Both the position numbers and the translations under genes were made by a program. DNA of 60,456 nt, filler included, from Sphacelaria rigidula (taxonomy: Eukaryota), in assembly GCA_964200075.2 (NCBI GenBank). It is 9 parts of 9 records of this genome, joined end to end, with 100 filler letters (N's around TTAATTAATTAA, not from the genome) between each part and the next. Parts side by side here need not be neighbours in the genome. Positions count along the whole stretch, not along the records: positions 6,730 to 13,358 come from CAXNAA020018958.1; positions 13,459 to 20,087 come from CAXNAA020018959.1; positions 20,188 to 26,816 come from CAXNAA020018960.1; 6 more parts are not named here. One strand, given 5' to 3'. A model generated the notes under the pieces. That model was not told where the DNA came from, did no database searches, and saw nothing but the letters and a program-made list of their open reading frames with translations. The stretch's first letter is position 1. Each line of letters starts with the position of its first letter. Below, one piece after another: positions 9,620-21,991 of this stretch.

Positions 9620-12600
9620 GGATCGGAGAATCTACCGCGCAATTGGGCCCCTCTCTGCTCGAGATGGTGTATCGGATGGACGGGGCCTGATCTACGGTTG
9701 ATATAATCCCCACAAGACATGAAACACGTCCAACTGTAACTCAGTGAAACTGTCCAAATCCTCTCTGAAAGCCAGTGTGGTTCAGCTCCGTCGTGAAACA
9801 ACCGTTGATGATCTCACACTCACGACGATCCTGGGCCCAGCACTGCTTTCCCATCCGTCAGAGTATATAGTAGAGGTGTGGACGTGATGTCCTCAGCCAA
9901 CCCTAAATGTGCCCCCCCAAGCTAGTTAACAGACCTCGCCTGGAGCTGAATGCTGCAGCTGTTCTGGGTGCACATGAAATTTCTCCACGTTGGCCGCGAA
10001 CACCGTTCGCTCTTGTACTTTACGCACCTGCATTTTGACCTCAAGATTGAGACCTGGTATCACCCCCTACTGCACCGTTCCCGGCCCAGTCTACAAGTCG
10101 TGTACAAATTTGTCCGGTACATCTTCGTTCAGAAGGGAGCGGTCAGACTCTTTGACTAGCATCATATCTTATACCTCTTCCCTACGCCGGTGGCGTTGGG
10201 TTAACAGCTCATGAAAGTCCTTCAATTGTTTGTCGCTGTTGCTCTACCGTGTTATTCAACGGTAGGGATTCTGCTTCAGGTGACACAGAGTCGACTTGGG
10301 TGCGAGGCTCGCGCTCAAAAGCAGCATTAATCGCGTTGAGCTATGCGGCAGTGACTGGTCGGAAGTAGTATGATGAATCCATACAGCAGGATACACATAC
10401 TCGTCCCCCCATTATAGACACGGCTCACATAGCTCGGCTAAAACGAACTCCCCCCCAGCGTCACTTCAAAGGAAATAGGGCGTTTCGAGCGTCAAGAGCA
10501 GTTCCAGCAGACCCTTAACTACGTGCTCAGTGACCTTGGGCTGCTAGTCAAAAAAAGCAAAGAGAACTTGGTTGCTCGATCCATAACAACCAACACGTAC
10601 TCATTACCAGAAGTAGAAGTCTGCGTTACGTCCGATATGTTTATCTACATCATCTCCCAGAACTACAAGAAGCGGGCGGGTCGCACCATTATGGTGCGAC
10701 TATTAGTACGTTTGCGTCGGCGACATCCACAAGACAGCACGTGTGTGCGAGTATCGGCGAAAAGACCGGGACACTCATAGCGTGCGTTGACCACTACAGT
10801 CGTTTTCATCACTCCGGCGTACCCATGCGTAGTGTGCACCAACGCGAGCAGGCCAGGTACTAGACTGCGTGGAATAGCCAACTTACTTGGTGTCCAACTT
10901 ACCTGGTGGCCTAGGTGAGGTATACCATAGAAGATCATCATTTTGGAACGTACGCTTTCTGCCTCTTACTTGTACCTTCATCCTTTTCTCCAACATGAAC
11001 CTCTCTCTGATGAGCTCAAGCCGGGAGTCCCGCTCTTGTAGCAAAACTAGTCGCGGCTTCTTCATCAGAATCGCTCTCGCCTGCTCGAGAACGGTCTGAG
11101 GTCTACCTTTACCTGGTATCCGTGGCTCCTCAGGTGGAGCCTCCCCCCCACCAGGGTCTTGGCCTGACTCCCGCTCTGCCTCTTGAACCGACGAACGAGT
11201 TACAGCGGCTCCCCAAGCCTCTGGTAACTCTGCTTCGTCACGAGGCCACATCGTAGCGAGCGTGCTCAAATCCTCAACCTCACCCTGGATATGAGTCAGG
11301 CTGAACAAAACTTCCGCTTCAACTTGATAGAACCGCCTTCATCATCCACGGGTGAACGAAATTAGCCACAATCTATGGTATGACGTCGTTAATTCATGGG
11401 GTGGTATCTCGTAACAGTCGAGAGTAGTCGCAACTTTCACGAAATCGTCTCTTTTCAGCTCGACTGCTTCTTCCTATCCACCTGCGTCCGCCCCATGGTG
11501 TCTGAATTCCTCGCGCCTTGGTTTCCCTTTCGTCAGCTGATAACGAAATAATCTGGGCATCGGATTCTCGGAAGTGTGAATCGCCTTGCCCTGTCCTGTC
11601 GGCACCAGAAAAATAAACACCTGTCCGCCCTTATCGCTAACCCAACGTGGGGCAGGCGACGGTATACGTTTTCACTCGCTGCTTCAAAGCTCGCAGTTGT
11701 CCTTTCCTCCGACGATCAGCTTTCAAGGCGACCACATAGGTCCGTCTCTTCCGATACGGTGCGCCCACCTGCACGGCTGATACTGAGGCCTGTTCAGTGA
11801 GACCCCCAGCTCCGCTCAACACGGAGCAACGAGCTTGTTCTCACCAGGAGAGCGCACTGTCACAGCAGTACTCTCCAAGATGAGCGTTGTCGCAGAGGTT
11901 GGTGAGAGGAATGACCCGACCAACTTTTTGACGACAATGGCTGATGCTGACTCCGGCTCGGCCCATTCGAATGGTGCAACCCGACTTGTATCCCCTACCA
12001 ACACTTGTGGTTGCACTTTTTCCACAAGGTTGTGGAAAGAATCGCGCCCCGGACTCGTATGTACCAGCCTGACTCCCTCTCCAATCTGATATTCTCCAAC
12101 ACAATCCAACGCCTTCCAGTCCGCATCAGCGTATCACTTCTACGAACTCTTTGGCTGCCAAAATACTTCCTCCACCTTCAACTGGGAACACCCATTCCCT
12201 AAATCAACACTCCTAGAGTGCTTGGATTCTGCTAGCCCACTATACATGGTCTACATATCCCTCCAGCTGCCGCTGTACGACTCAAGAAGTTGGTTCAGTC
12301 CACGATAATCTTGACATAGTCGTGAAACTACCGTCCGTCTTTCTTTTGAACCCTGACGCAGGCGGCTGCCCATGCTAGCGTCGATCGCACGTAGCCCGGT
12401 ACAAGCTTGCTAGCCAAACCTTCTGAGCTTACGTCCTCCGTTAGATGCAGTAGCCACTGCAGCGTAGTATTGTCCTCCACGTCACTCCAAGGCTTTTCCA
12501 CACCTCATTCGATGCTGCCAGTTCGCTCCAACCAGACAACTTTACTGTCGAGTCGTCACCAAGCGCGCTTGGCTTGACAGCACGAAAGAGGTTCGGAGTT

Positions 12601-12690
12601 GCTGAACCTCCTTGGCTGGTGAGGTGGTCGGTGTCAACAGCTCCGAGTTTTGGGGGACTATTAGACACGAACCGTACTCACGGCGCCTCC
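9620..12690 (-). mobile_element. Second degenerate Ty3/Gypsy pol on the opposite strand (RT fragment, integrase)
   Basis: The minus strand near 12250-12400 reads AWAAACVRVQKKDG and (after a frameshift) CQDYRGLN. 10663-10941 is the integrase zinc finger (LVHTTHGYAG...VLSCGCRRRK). About 10560-10640 reads SGNEYVLVVMDRATKF. Many stops and frameshifts. Confidence 0.8.
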
Positions 12691-14653
12691 GGCGAGAGCT
12701 GAAATCTCGATCGCCCTTAGAAAGATGACGTGGTCCTGTCTCTCCTGGAGAAACTCGCTGCCGAAATAAATCCATATGGTAATCCATGGACCACCCGGAC
12801 CCATACCTTTATTAAGTTATCCTTTGTGCGGAAAAGAATAGGAATTACCGCTGACCCTAGAATTTTCATCTGAAGTATCTTACTGTTACTACGGTTAGCA
12901 GACCTCAAAATTCGTTATATTGTCCCCCGTTACCAGCAACCTCCACCACTGTTTCGATACATAGCTCCCCCCCCCCGCCCCGGTGCCCAGTAACACCGTT
13001 ACTGGTGAGCGGTGGCTACTTTTGCTGTGGTGTCAACTTCAGCTTGTACCCACAGCTGCTGTGCAGCGTTCCTACTCGCTTCGGCTAAAATGGCGTTCGA
13101 AGGAGGGGTAGCCCCGGACGGGTGAAATACTTGTATATGTACCCATCGGGTTTGGTGGAACCTAGTCCCTAGATTGATGTTACAGAGGCGGCGGCAGCGG
13201 CGGCAGCAGCTGAGCATGGAATATGTACACTGCTGGTCGCGCCTGGCTTGGGGTGAACAGTGTCAGCGGAGACCCAGTTACCGGAAGTATCCGTTGAAGA
13301 AAAATGGAGGAAAGATCGGCCGTGCAAACCGTTGGTCAGGAGCACTAAACAAATTCATNNNNNNNNNNNNNNNNNNNNNNNNNNNNNNNNNNNNNNNNNN
13401 NNTTAATTAATTAANNNNNNNNNNNNNNNNNNNNNNNNNNNNNNNNNNNNNNNNNNNNCTCTCTTCATAAGCCCACCACCACTGCCGCTGCCGCTGCCAC
13501 CCCCGCAAATGCCCGTCCACATGTGCCTCCTCCAGACTGCCGGAAGCAAATCACGTCCCGAGCTATCGTTTTTTTGTTCGCTTGAGACTCAGAGGGGTGC
13601 GCGCTCATCACCAGGCGTGCTGAAGTCAGACCTTTGAACTGAAGTTGGCTCGGGTCCATGGACCCAATAGTGAGGAATACGCTCACGTGTGTTGATACTT
13701 GAGTTTTTTTCCTTGCATTTCAAGGGTTGACCGTTACTCCGAGAAATTCAGCGAATATGGTGGCCTGGAAGGGAGGGCGAGAGATATCTGCTTTCCCACC
13801 AGGTGCATCGCTACGAATTTGCAGACAAGAATGACCCCGGGGGAAATCCGGCGTGGGGTACAATGCTCGTGATAAGAATATGATGTCTCATATTATTTGT
13901 GAGGACAAGAAACCCTGATTGCACATGTTCGGAGGTACGGATGCCTAGACCTTGGGCAGGAATGACGGAGCATCTCGCGAGGTCCAGTGTATATATGTCA
14001 TGTAGCATCGTTGGAATCCATGTGTTAGAATAGATATCAAGGATACACCCGCAACATATGTATACGCCTGGTTCGTGAAAAATTGCAAGCTATTACCGAC
14101 TCGTGAGTATCTCATTTTTTTGGGGCAGGCAGTTCGAAAATATTTTGCGGGAAAAGAGCCTGTCTAAGGCGGGCGTAGTGTATGCGCTCCCGGTCAAACG
14201 ACAGCGAGCGGAGAGCAATAACACACTATCTCACACTAGAGTATGACAGCACACACGCAGAAGGAATAGAAGACTCCTACTCGACTTGTGAGCGAAGCAT
14301 GAGGAGATAAATGTTGCCTACGATCGATAAGTATTCACGCGAGCGTGACCGACAGATGTTCATTATGCCCCCTCCCCCCTCCCGCGCACGCTCCGGCCCG
14401 CTACTCTTGCAAGGTATATCTAAGTTTATTTCGCCAGCCATTATTATCCGAAAATCAGGGGTTATTGATTCGGCGTACATGCAGCGTAGTTCAACACATG
14501 AAAAAACGCCAAAATTGCGTGTTGGGGGGCTGCTTGTCTCCGCACTGGTATCATGTCAATTGTCAACCATTATCAACAGTGTTTTGCTATCCCCCGTGCT
14601 GAAGGCCCCTACTTCCTCTCGTCTCCCCTACTTGAGGATAAGGGGTACTCGAA

Positions 14654-15005
14654 GTGTGTGCGTGTTGTCGTCCCATCTATTCATGATGCCGGTCTGAACC
14701 TTTTGGTATATGTGGGCGCACCAGCTGGGGTCACACGGGAGGAAGGCCAACACAGGAGTTTTATTTTTTGTTGCCCACCCTTCTGCGGTGCTTGCCTTGC
14801 TTTTTTTCCGCGAGAGGGCTTCAGCAGTCCCTTTCCCTCGTCGACCGTTAAGTCAAATTTTGTGTACCCACGACATAGTCGCTCTGCGCTGTTGGGCGTG
14901 GTGTGAGAAAAAATTCCAAATCGTTTGTCTGTACCGAGATTCGAATCCGCGACCGAACCGTTAGAAGGTTTTGAAGTTACCAACTGAGCCACCGGCGCGA
15001 CCGCC
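14654..15005 (-). mobile_element. tRNA-derived SINE
   Basis: The minus-strand head has an A-box TGGCTCAGTTGG and a B-box-like GGATTCGAATC. The 3' end is GATGGGACGACAAC plus a CA-rich tail. Homologous copies at 34376-34731, 42021-42386 and 19989-20087. Confidence 0.8.
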
Positions 15006-16194
15006 ACGTAGGTACGTAAAAAAAGACGAAATCTTGTCGGGTAGGTAGTGCACTGATGATTCTGCCTATAACCTAGTCATGAGACCATTGACCTCGTGTT
15101 CCTACGAGGCCGGGACGGAGCTCGCCGGGTTTTCGCCGGACCAGGCTCGCCATCACAACGCCCGAAGGGCTGTGATGTGTGCAAGAAATGGAAAAGCTCC
15201 GTTGATCTTGAATCAGCTGCATTCTCCCGTGTGCTGAATGTTGTGGAAGGTGCATGGCCTCCTCGATTCGGCGCTTCTTTCTCCAGTCAATGGCGATATT
15301 CCTTCCATACTCTAATATAGTAGTTGTAATTTCGAGTACGGCAGCCGTACGGTGGTATCACTGACCGGACGAAGGAACTATGTATTCATTGATTGAGGGA
15401 ACTTTGGATTTATGGCCCCAAGTATGTTCTCCACTATTTCGACCTTGATGACAACCATCCGTCGGTTGTACGTCACCGCAGGCATTTAGTTTTTCTTAGA
15501 CCTCGAGCGTTTTAGCCCTTCAGACGGCGAGAGCAGGCCATCTGTTGAATCGGCATCAATTTCACTCGAAAAAGAGCATGCATGATCCAGATGGACTACC
15601 CTCGCAGTCAGAGGGTTATAACCCTTAGATGGCAAAAGTAGATTACCTGGTGGGTTGGAATCAATTTCACTTGAAACAATGTGCGTGATCCAGATGGACT
15701 TCGCGGTCTAGGGGTCAAGGTGGACAAAGTGCCGCATCGTGGATGCTGTAGCGAAGTAACTAGAGGAAGTACCTTGTGGTATAATCTGTTATGAGGGCTG
15801 GCAAGACTTGTTTGTCAGCGAGAGGTCGAATAAAAATATACACAATCTGTTTTGACGTGGGTATAAGTTTGGTCTTTTGAAGACGGCAGCTTGGGTTTGA
15901 CTATCTCGATTTCTCCCACCGCTGACACTCTTCCGACCCACCTTCAGTTCTCTGCTTCTAAGAAGGGACTGCGTGTTTTATTCTGTCTTGGCCAAGTAAG
16001 CGACCGCAATTACCATCAATATCTTCATTTTTGACACGGCGCAAATAACCTTCACCGCTACCCTGCATCCTCTGCGAGTCCCTGTCTATTGTGACAGCAA
16101 AGCCGTTTATCGAGACAATACCACACGGATAAACCTCCAATAGGTTGTGAGACCGTCCGGGAACGGATGTACCCATGATATTGCGTGTCGTAGT

Positions 16195-16302
16195 CATAAG
16201 ACCATTGACCTCGCATCCCTACAAAGTCGGGACGGAGCACGCCGGGTTTCCGGCGGACCAGACTCGCACTCAGTCACCAAGCGCGAAGCGCCGTGATGTG
16301 TT
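16195..16302 (+). repeat. Interspersed repeat family (gacctcgcatccctacaaag.cgggacggagcacgccgggtttcc); copies at 15075-15180, 40373-40600, 40853-40900 and reverse at 24685-24837
   Basis: Near-identical segments in three different contigs. Confidence 0.8.
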
Positions 16303-17219
16303 CGTCAGGTTAGGTGTACTCATGATCATGCAGGCCATAGTCATAAGACCATTTCGTCGGGGGGCGTACTCATTTGTTGCTTGCCTTAGTCATTTGACCA
16401 TTGACCACGCATCCCTTTCGAGACGGAGCAGGGGAGGGGGGGGGTAGTTGGCTAATTCTTGATACATCCAATAATTTTCTCGCCCAAATTTTGCCGTGAC
16501 GTCACGAACAGCTACCCGGGGAGACTGACTAGAACCCTACTTCACTTCACTGCTCCTGTGCTGTACCCGTACCCATCCCTCGTGCTGCAAGGAGGGATGA
16601 TGGAAGTCACAGTGCTGTGTGGCTGCACGGGGAACCTGTGGTTTATGTATATATATATACGTGTGAGCCGCTGCACCGTTGACTCAGCAAGAGAATTGGC
16701 ACTGAAGATAACCCCGTTGTCTGGAGAAATCCAATATCCTTGACGTACATGCAGAGGAACAAGCGAGCAGGAGTTTGATTTGGGTGCCTGAGCACAAATT
16801 TCGCATTTTTTCTGCTATTGAAACGACGTTGCTAAAAAATTCTTCGTTTCTGTCTGAGGATCTTTGCTTCTGCACCAATCAGCGTAACGGAGGCTTTCGT
16901 GGTCAATTATCCGAAGGTCGAAGGCCCCTGATCCAATCCCCCTTCTACAGATAAAGAGACCCCCTCCTTTCAGTGGTCTCAAGGGATCACACCATCTCCC
17001 CCGCGATGAATACTCTGTGTTTTGGTACCGCAGATGCGGTCAGCATTCCCACACCGCGTTTACTCCCGTTTTTTTTTCTTCTTTTTTCTGCCACTCACGT
17101 CCTCGCATTTCCAATGACGGAAATAGTGGCAGAATATTAATTAACGGTACAAGGAGGAACGGAACGTGTCAGGAGGGGGGAAATGGGGCAAGTAAACGAA
17201 GGTGGCATGGAATTGTTGA

Positions 17220-17452
17220 TAGAAAGGAGCGAGGAAACGAGGGCTGTAGTAGGAGATAGGTGCCGGCCACAGACGGCGAAACAGGAAGGAGATGGAGTAT
17301 GTAACAAGTTTTTGTGTAGTGAAACGTAATGAGTGCCCAAATGTTGGAGGCGTCTCTATTTGGAGTGCTCGTATAGGAAGGGTGCTCCGTCTCGAGAGGG
17401 ATGCGTGGTCGACGATCAAACAGTTAAGGCGAGCAACAAATGAGTACCCGCA
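17220..17452 (-). repeat. Interspersed repeat (gtactcatttgttgcttgccttagt...cccttcgagacggagca); copies at 16360-16430 and 41231-41460
   Basis: The ORF track gives the same YSFVA.L..LI.D.ASLSRRS peptide at all three places. Confidence 0.8.
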
Positions 17453-17489
17453 CCCCCCTCCGCCCCCCCTCACTCCTCTCTCCCCACAG

Positions 17490-17612
17490 GCCGGTAACTT
17501 GTACGAGGGGTACGACAGCGTGACCTCGACCGAGGGCTACTACGCGGACATCAGCAACAGTAATCTCAAGTTCGTGCCGCCTTCCAAGGACCCGCCCAAG
17601 ATCAGGGACAAC
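17490..17612 (+). CDS. Internal exon of a KOW-motif protein (Spt5 C-terminal-like)
   Basis: Pyrimidine tract plus ccccacag acceptor, donor GTGAGA. 123 nt, phase 0-0, AGNLYEGYDS...LKFVPPSKDPPKIRDN, GC3-rich codons. Confidence 0.7.
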
Positions 17613-17935
17613 GTGAGAAATATGTCATTATCCATGGATATATCTTTTCTGTATGTGTGCTGTATGTGCGGGAAAATGTGCGTGTCGTCATCTACTCGAC
17701 TGTAGACCAAATGTCAATATTAATTGACTTGGGAATGCACTACATTTAACTGGCGGGAGGCTTTTTTTTCCCCTTGTGTTGAGGAGATATCAGATAAGGT
17801 TTCATTGTACTATAGCCGTGTTCGTTGCGCAGTGACTGCATTTTTTTTAACTTTCAAGTACGGTTTGGTTTCATGTCTGTTCAGAGTCTCCATATTGTAT
17901 ACGACAGTGTGCTAGTCATCGTTGCCCCCTCCAGT

Positions 17936-18135
17936 TTGTCCCTAGAACGATATGCACCCCCATTTTGTCTCGAGAACCACGACATCTACCCCCCATGTTG
18001 TCCGTAGAACCATGATGTGTACCCCATCTTGTCCCTTGAATTGCGATACATACCCCAGTTTGTCCCTAAAACCATGATGTGTACCCCACGTTGTCCTTAG
18101 AACTGCGATACATACCCCCAATTTGTCCGTAAAGT
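17936..18135. repeat. Minisatellite of about 29-30-bp units (ttgtcc.tagaa...tacccc)
   Basis: About 7 tandem units, with two variants alternating in the 3' half. Confidence 0.8.
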
Positions 18136-18539
18136 CGCGGGGGGTATTTATTCCCTATCCTGTACATTTATCTTTGGCTCTACGTTTGTCGTACGCGTCG
18201 TATAGTAGATATTTGTACATGGGCCACAATCGGTAGCGTAATGCACCCACTTGTTATTCAGTCATGGACCCAAGGAGGAGATTGCACGGTAGAGCAGTGC
18301 ATGTTGCATATGCGGTGGTCGATCACACCAACATGAGTCGCGTCGTCCTTGTTTTGCCTCCCTCTTTTTTATGTCATAATCCATGAAGATGTTCTTGAAA
18401 GCTTTTGTTCTGTTTTTTTATCCGCACCTGTTATTTTTTACCGCACGACCTAAACTGACGAGAGAATCAACCGACGCACTGTCATGATAAAGCAATGTGT
18501 ATTTTGATGTGCGGTGGAACACGGCATTCTAGAGTTCGG

Positions 18540-18912
18540 AAATGGTTTGTTTAACCATTAACTAGTTGAATGGTTACGCGTAGCGCACCCATCAACCAGT
18601 TAAATGGTACATACTAGTTTGGTCATCGAGCGGCGCAGCCGCGAGCCAAAAAGCCCCCCTCCGGCAGAGGCCCGCCCCCGCTGGAGGCGCTGTACCGGAG
18701 GCACGTTTTTACACGATTTGGCTTCACTAGCCTAAAATATACGTTGAGTTTGGGCCAACTCTCAAGGACTGTATGTAGCATACGTAGCCGGTAAACGGCT
18801 TACAAAGCCGGTAACGGTAAATGATGGTTTGAAACCATTATCCAATTTTTTCATATAACCATTACCATTATTACCATTGTAATGATAATGGCCAGTTATA
18901 ACTGGTACCATT
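18540..18912. mobile_element. Putative non-autonomous DNA transposon rich in aatggt/accatt motifs
   Basis: Ends aaatggt...accattt with clustered inverted subterminal motifs. The cgagcggcg.agccgcgagcc motif is also at about 46690. Confidence 0.4.
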
Positions 18913-19834
18913 TCCGAGCTCTACGGCATTCTGTTTCGAGCACACTAGAACCAGTCCGCGACCAATGCCGCGATAGCCCCCCCTCCCCAGAAAAGTGGCT
19001 GGTTTGGGGAGGCAACATCTACATGTAAATCGGACAGAAGCCGAGCATACCAAAGCAGCTGGGAACTCCCACGCTTGAAATCGTTTTTGCCAATGCCGCC
19101 CATACGGGGTGCTTCATGCCGTCTGAAACCAGCTGTCATGCTCTACGGCCGTTTTCCTCGTGACAATTCTGGGGCTGGTTTGGGGGGAGGGGGAATCGCG
19201 GCATCGCCCATGCTTGATCGATGGATGATGACCTGCTTTGTCGCATGCTAGGGATAGCGCGGCGGGCTTTGGTTGCTTTCATTTTTCAGGTTCGTAGTTT
19301 TGTGAAAATTGCGCCAGATGTAAATGCAGTAATGAAGAAATAGGGAATATAATGTTCCCCGAGAAAGACAATGGGCGCCTGACCCGTGCAGCATTGTAAA
19401 AAAAGCTGCTGTATAACTTTGACGGTTCGTTCGTTTTCGGCCGATCTGATCTGTCAGATTTGTCTCGAATCGAATATCGCGCTATATTCTTGTTATTTTA
19501 GTGTTTTGTTGTGCCGTGCTTTCCACGGTATTGGGCTCAGTCAATATTCGCAGCGCTCATACGAGTCGTTTATCATCTTCCCACTTGGGAGTAGTTGGTT
19601 ACGGGCGGTCTGATCGAGATAAATGAATTCGTTTCCTTGCAACATTGGCTCCCGAACATTCTAGTGCCCACAACGACGAGTTTGGTTCAGTCTTGACCGA
19701 AATCACATTTTTTTGTTCAGACCCAAGCGAGATCTGAACACACAGAGATCACAAGAAACGGCGGCCTTTCCCGTCGCTGTTGCCCTCATGAGTCTCGTAC
19801 CGTCTTTTGTGTTGAATTGATTTTCATGCGTCAG

Positions 19835-19975
19835 GTTCTTTTGCTGGCTGGGCCTGACAAGGGAAGGACGGGATACATGATCGGCATGGAGAATGCCATG
19901 AGGGCTGACCTGGGAGAGGCAAAAGCTATCGTCAAGCTCGAGACGACCACGTCGCTTGGGGTGCGCGAAATCAAG
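19835..19975 (+). CDS. Next exon of the KOW-motif protein, ending at a GC donor
   Basis: Acceptor ttttcatgcgtcag. 141 nt, VLLLAGPDKGRTGYMIGME...KAIVKLE...EIK, donor GCAAGT. The spliced sequence KIRDNVLLLAGPDKGRTGYMIG fits a KOW motif. Confidence 0.65.
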
Positions 19976-20320
19976 GCAAGTTAATCTTTGTGTGTGTTGT
20001 CATCCCATCCATTCTGGACGCCAGTCTACACTTTTCGGTATATGTGGGCGCACGAGCTGGGGTCACACAGGACGACGGCCAACACAGNNNNNNNNNNNNN
20101 NNNNNNNNNNNNNNNNNNNNNNNNNNNNNNNTTAATTAATTAANNNNNNNNNNNNNNNNNNNNNNNNNNNNNNNNNNNNNNNNNNNNGGGGTGGTCCATG
20201 TGAAAGTCATTTGTCTTGAATTTACGTCAAGGAAAGCACGGCTTTTGAGTTTAACCTCATTGTTTTTTTCAACCCCATTTTCGAGAATCGGCTGTTAAAT
20301 TGCGGGCGGGTTTTATTCTT

Positions 20321-20675
20321 CAGCATGAGCATTGGGAACTTCCATGAGCATAAAAGTTCACTATTTTTGTTTTCAACAATGCAAATGATTAACTCTTCGG
20401 TCATGATGTGTGGCCTCGCTCACTCGAAAAAAAATCATCCGCAGTTTGCAACATCCCGTGTCAACAGGGGATTCTGAAAAATGGGGGCGACCTTGTTGTA
20501 CATGATGAGTGAACGAAGGTCGAGATTGTCTGGAATGAACACAAGATTTGGCAAATTACGGATGACTTTTATTTTGGGATAAGCGCGGCCACACATCACG
20601 GCAAGAGAGGTTATTTGCCTTTTGTTTTCAAAAGTAGCGATCATGTGCTTGCGAAGGTTCCCAAGGCTCATGCTC
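20321..20675. repeat. Long imperfect inverted repeat (about 140-bp arms)
   Basis: agcatgagcattgggaac...gatgtgtggcc...tcatccgcagtttgc pairs with gcaaattacggatga...ggccacacatca...gttcccaaggctcatgct. Confidence 0.75.
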
Positions 20676-21822
20676 AAAAAAAGAATTCATCTGCAATTTT
20701 GCAAAAAATCCCGGGTGTATTTTGTCGGGACTTGTACCCACGACCTCCGCCCAACCAGCAACAGCATGCAAAAGGCTGGCTTTCTTCCTGTAGGTTCCGT
20801 CTCCGAGCTATTTCCAACCGCCCCAACGCTACAGCAGATGTTCCAGGAGTTTTTCACCCTCAGCCACGACATTCTATTTCTGGAAGAACAGGCCGTGTAT
20901 ATCGGGAATGTTCTCTTGGTTCAGCAACCGCCAACACACCACAATGAAGCAGTTCTCGCCACCCTGGAAAGTTCACGTCCCGAGTAAAAACAAGATAATA
21001 TGCGCGAGGAAAAGCTGATTCTCCGTTCACTTTGCTGTAGAATAAGCGTGCCATACACCACGCGTGAGAATTATTCTTGAAAAAACAAAGTCAGTTCCGA
21101 CCGGCCCTGTTGCGGGCTCTGAGATTCGGATAATCTTTGGGGTGCTGGCAGTTAGAAGTGCTCGCCATCGTGCCCAACTGGTTCGAGTGACCGTCCGAAA
21201 TTGACCCCGATTTCAGCTCTGCCGGCGTGCCCTGCGTACAGAGTATTACGTCCTAGACTTCCTTAGACAAAATTCCTTTGCCTGAGCGATAACCCACTCG
21301 TGACATACGGTGTGACTTGGGCGAGTGCGTATATAGTAGCAGCTACGTGGACTTCAACAGTCGATTATGTACTGGTGCTGGCCATGCACAGTATCGTCAT
21401 ACAGGCGGTGGTTCCTGCATGGCGATATATTCGTCGGCTCCACTGGGTGTGTGCGTATCGAGTAGCAATTGGCGCTGCTAGAGTATGACACCCGCATCAC
21501 AGCTTCGACGCGCCCCTCCTGCGACTGAAGAGTAAGAGAGAGCTCCCCGCCGGGAAAAAAACGGGCTACTGGGTGACGGTGAATGTATTTTCAAAGAGTG
21601 AGAGACAGAGCGAGAGACCGAAATCAAGAGGGAAAAGTGTCTAACGAGAACGTCATAATTACGTACTGCGGGGAATCCTCCCCGCCAAGCACCTCTGCTC
21701 CGTCGTCCGCACTAACCTTGCGCTAAAGCAGTCAATACCCCACTAGTAAACGAACACTAGGTAGACTCCCAAACGATACCGCACTCCGCACCACTCGATC
21801 TAACTTACAGCACAACCACGTC

Positions 21823-21958
21823 TCAGAGACGCTTCGTCAAGAAACTCGCTGGAATCGCGCGAGCTGCCCGCGCCTGCAGCTTCACACCCCAGCCCACGGC
21901 CTCCTCTCGCTCCACCGTCGCCGACGCCGAGCCGCCCAATACCGCGGGCCTGCCCACT

Positions 21959-21991
<33 letters not shown>

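Noticed and set aside
13724..13802. Possible small exon (ttcaag|...|gtgcat) upstream of the KOW exons
   Set aside because: Two frames are open, neither phase joins the phase-0 exon at 17490, and no family is recognisable.
17936..18135. CRISPR-like array
   Set aside because: There are no unique spacers or cas genes, the context is eukaryotic, and it is a tandem minisatellite.
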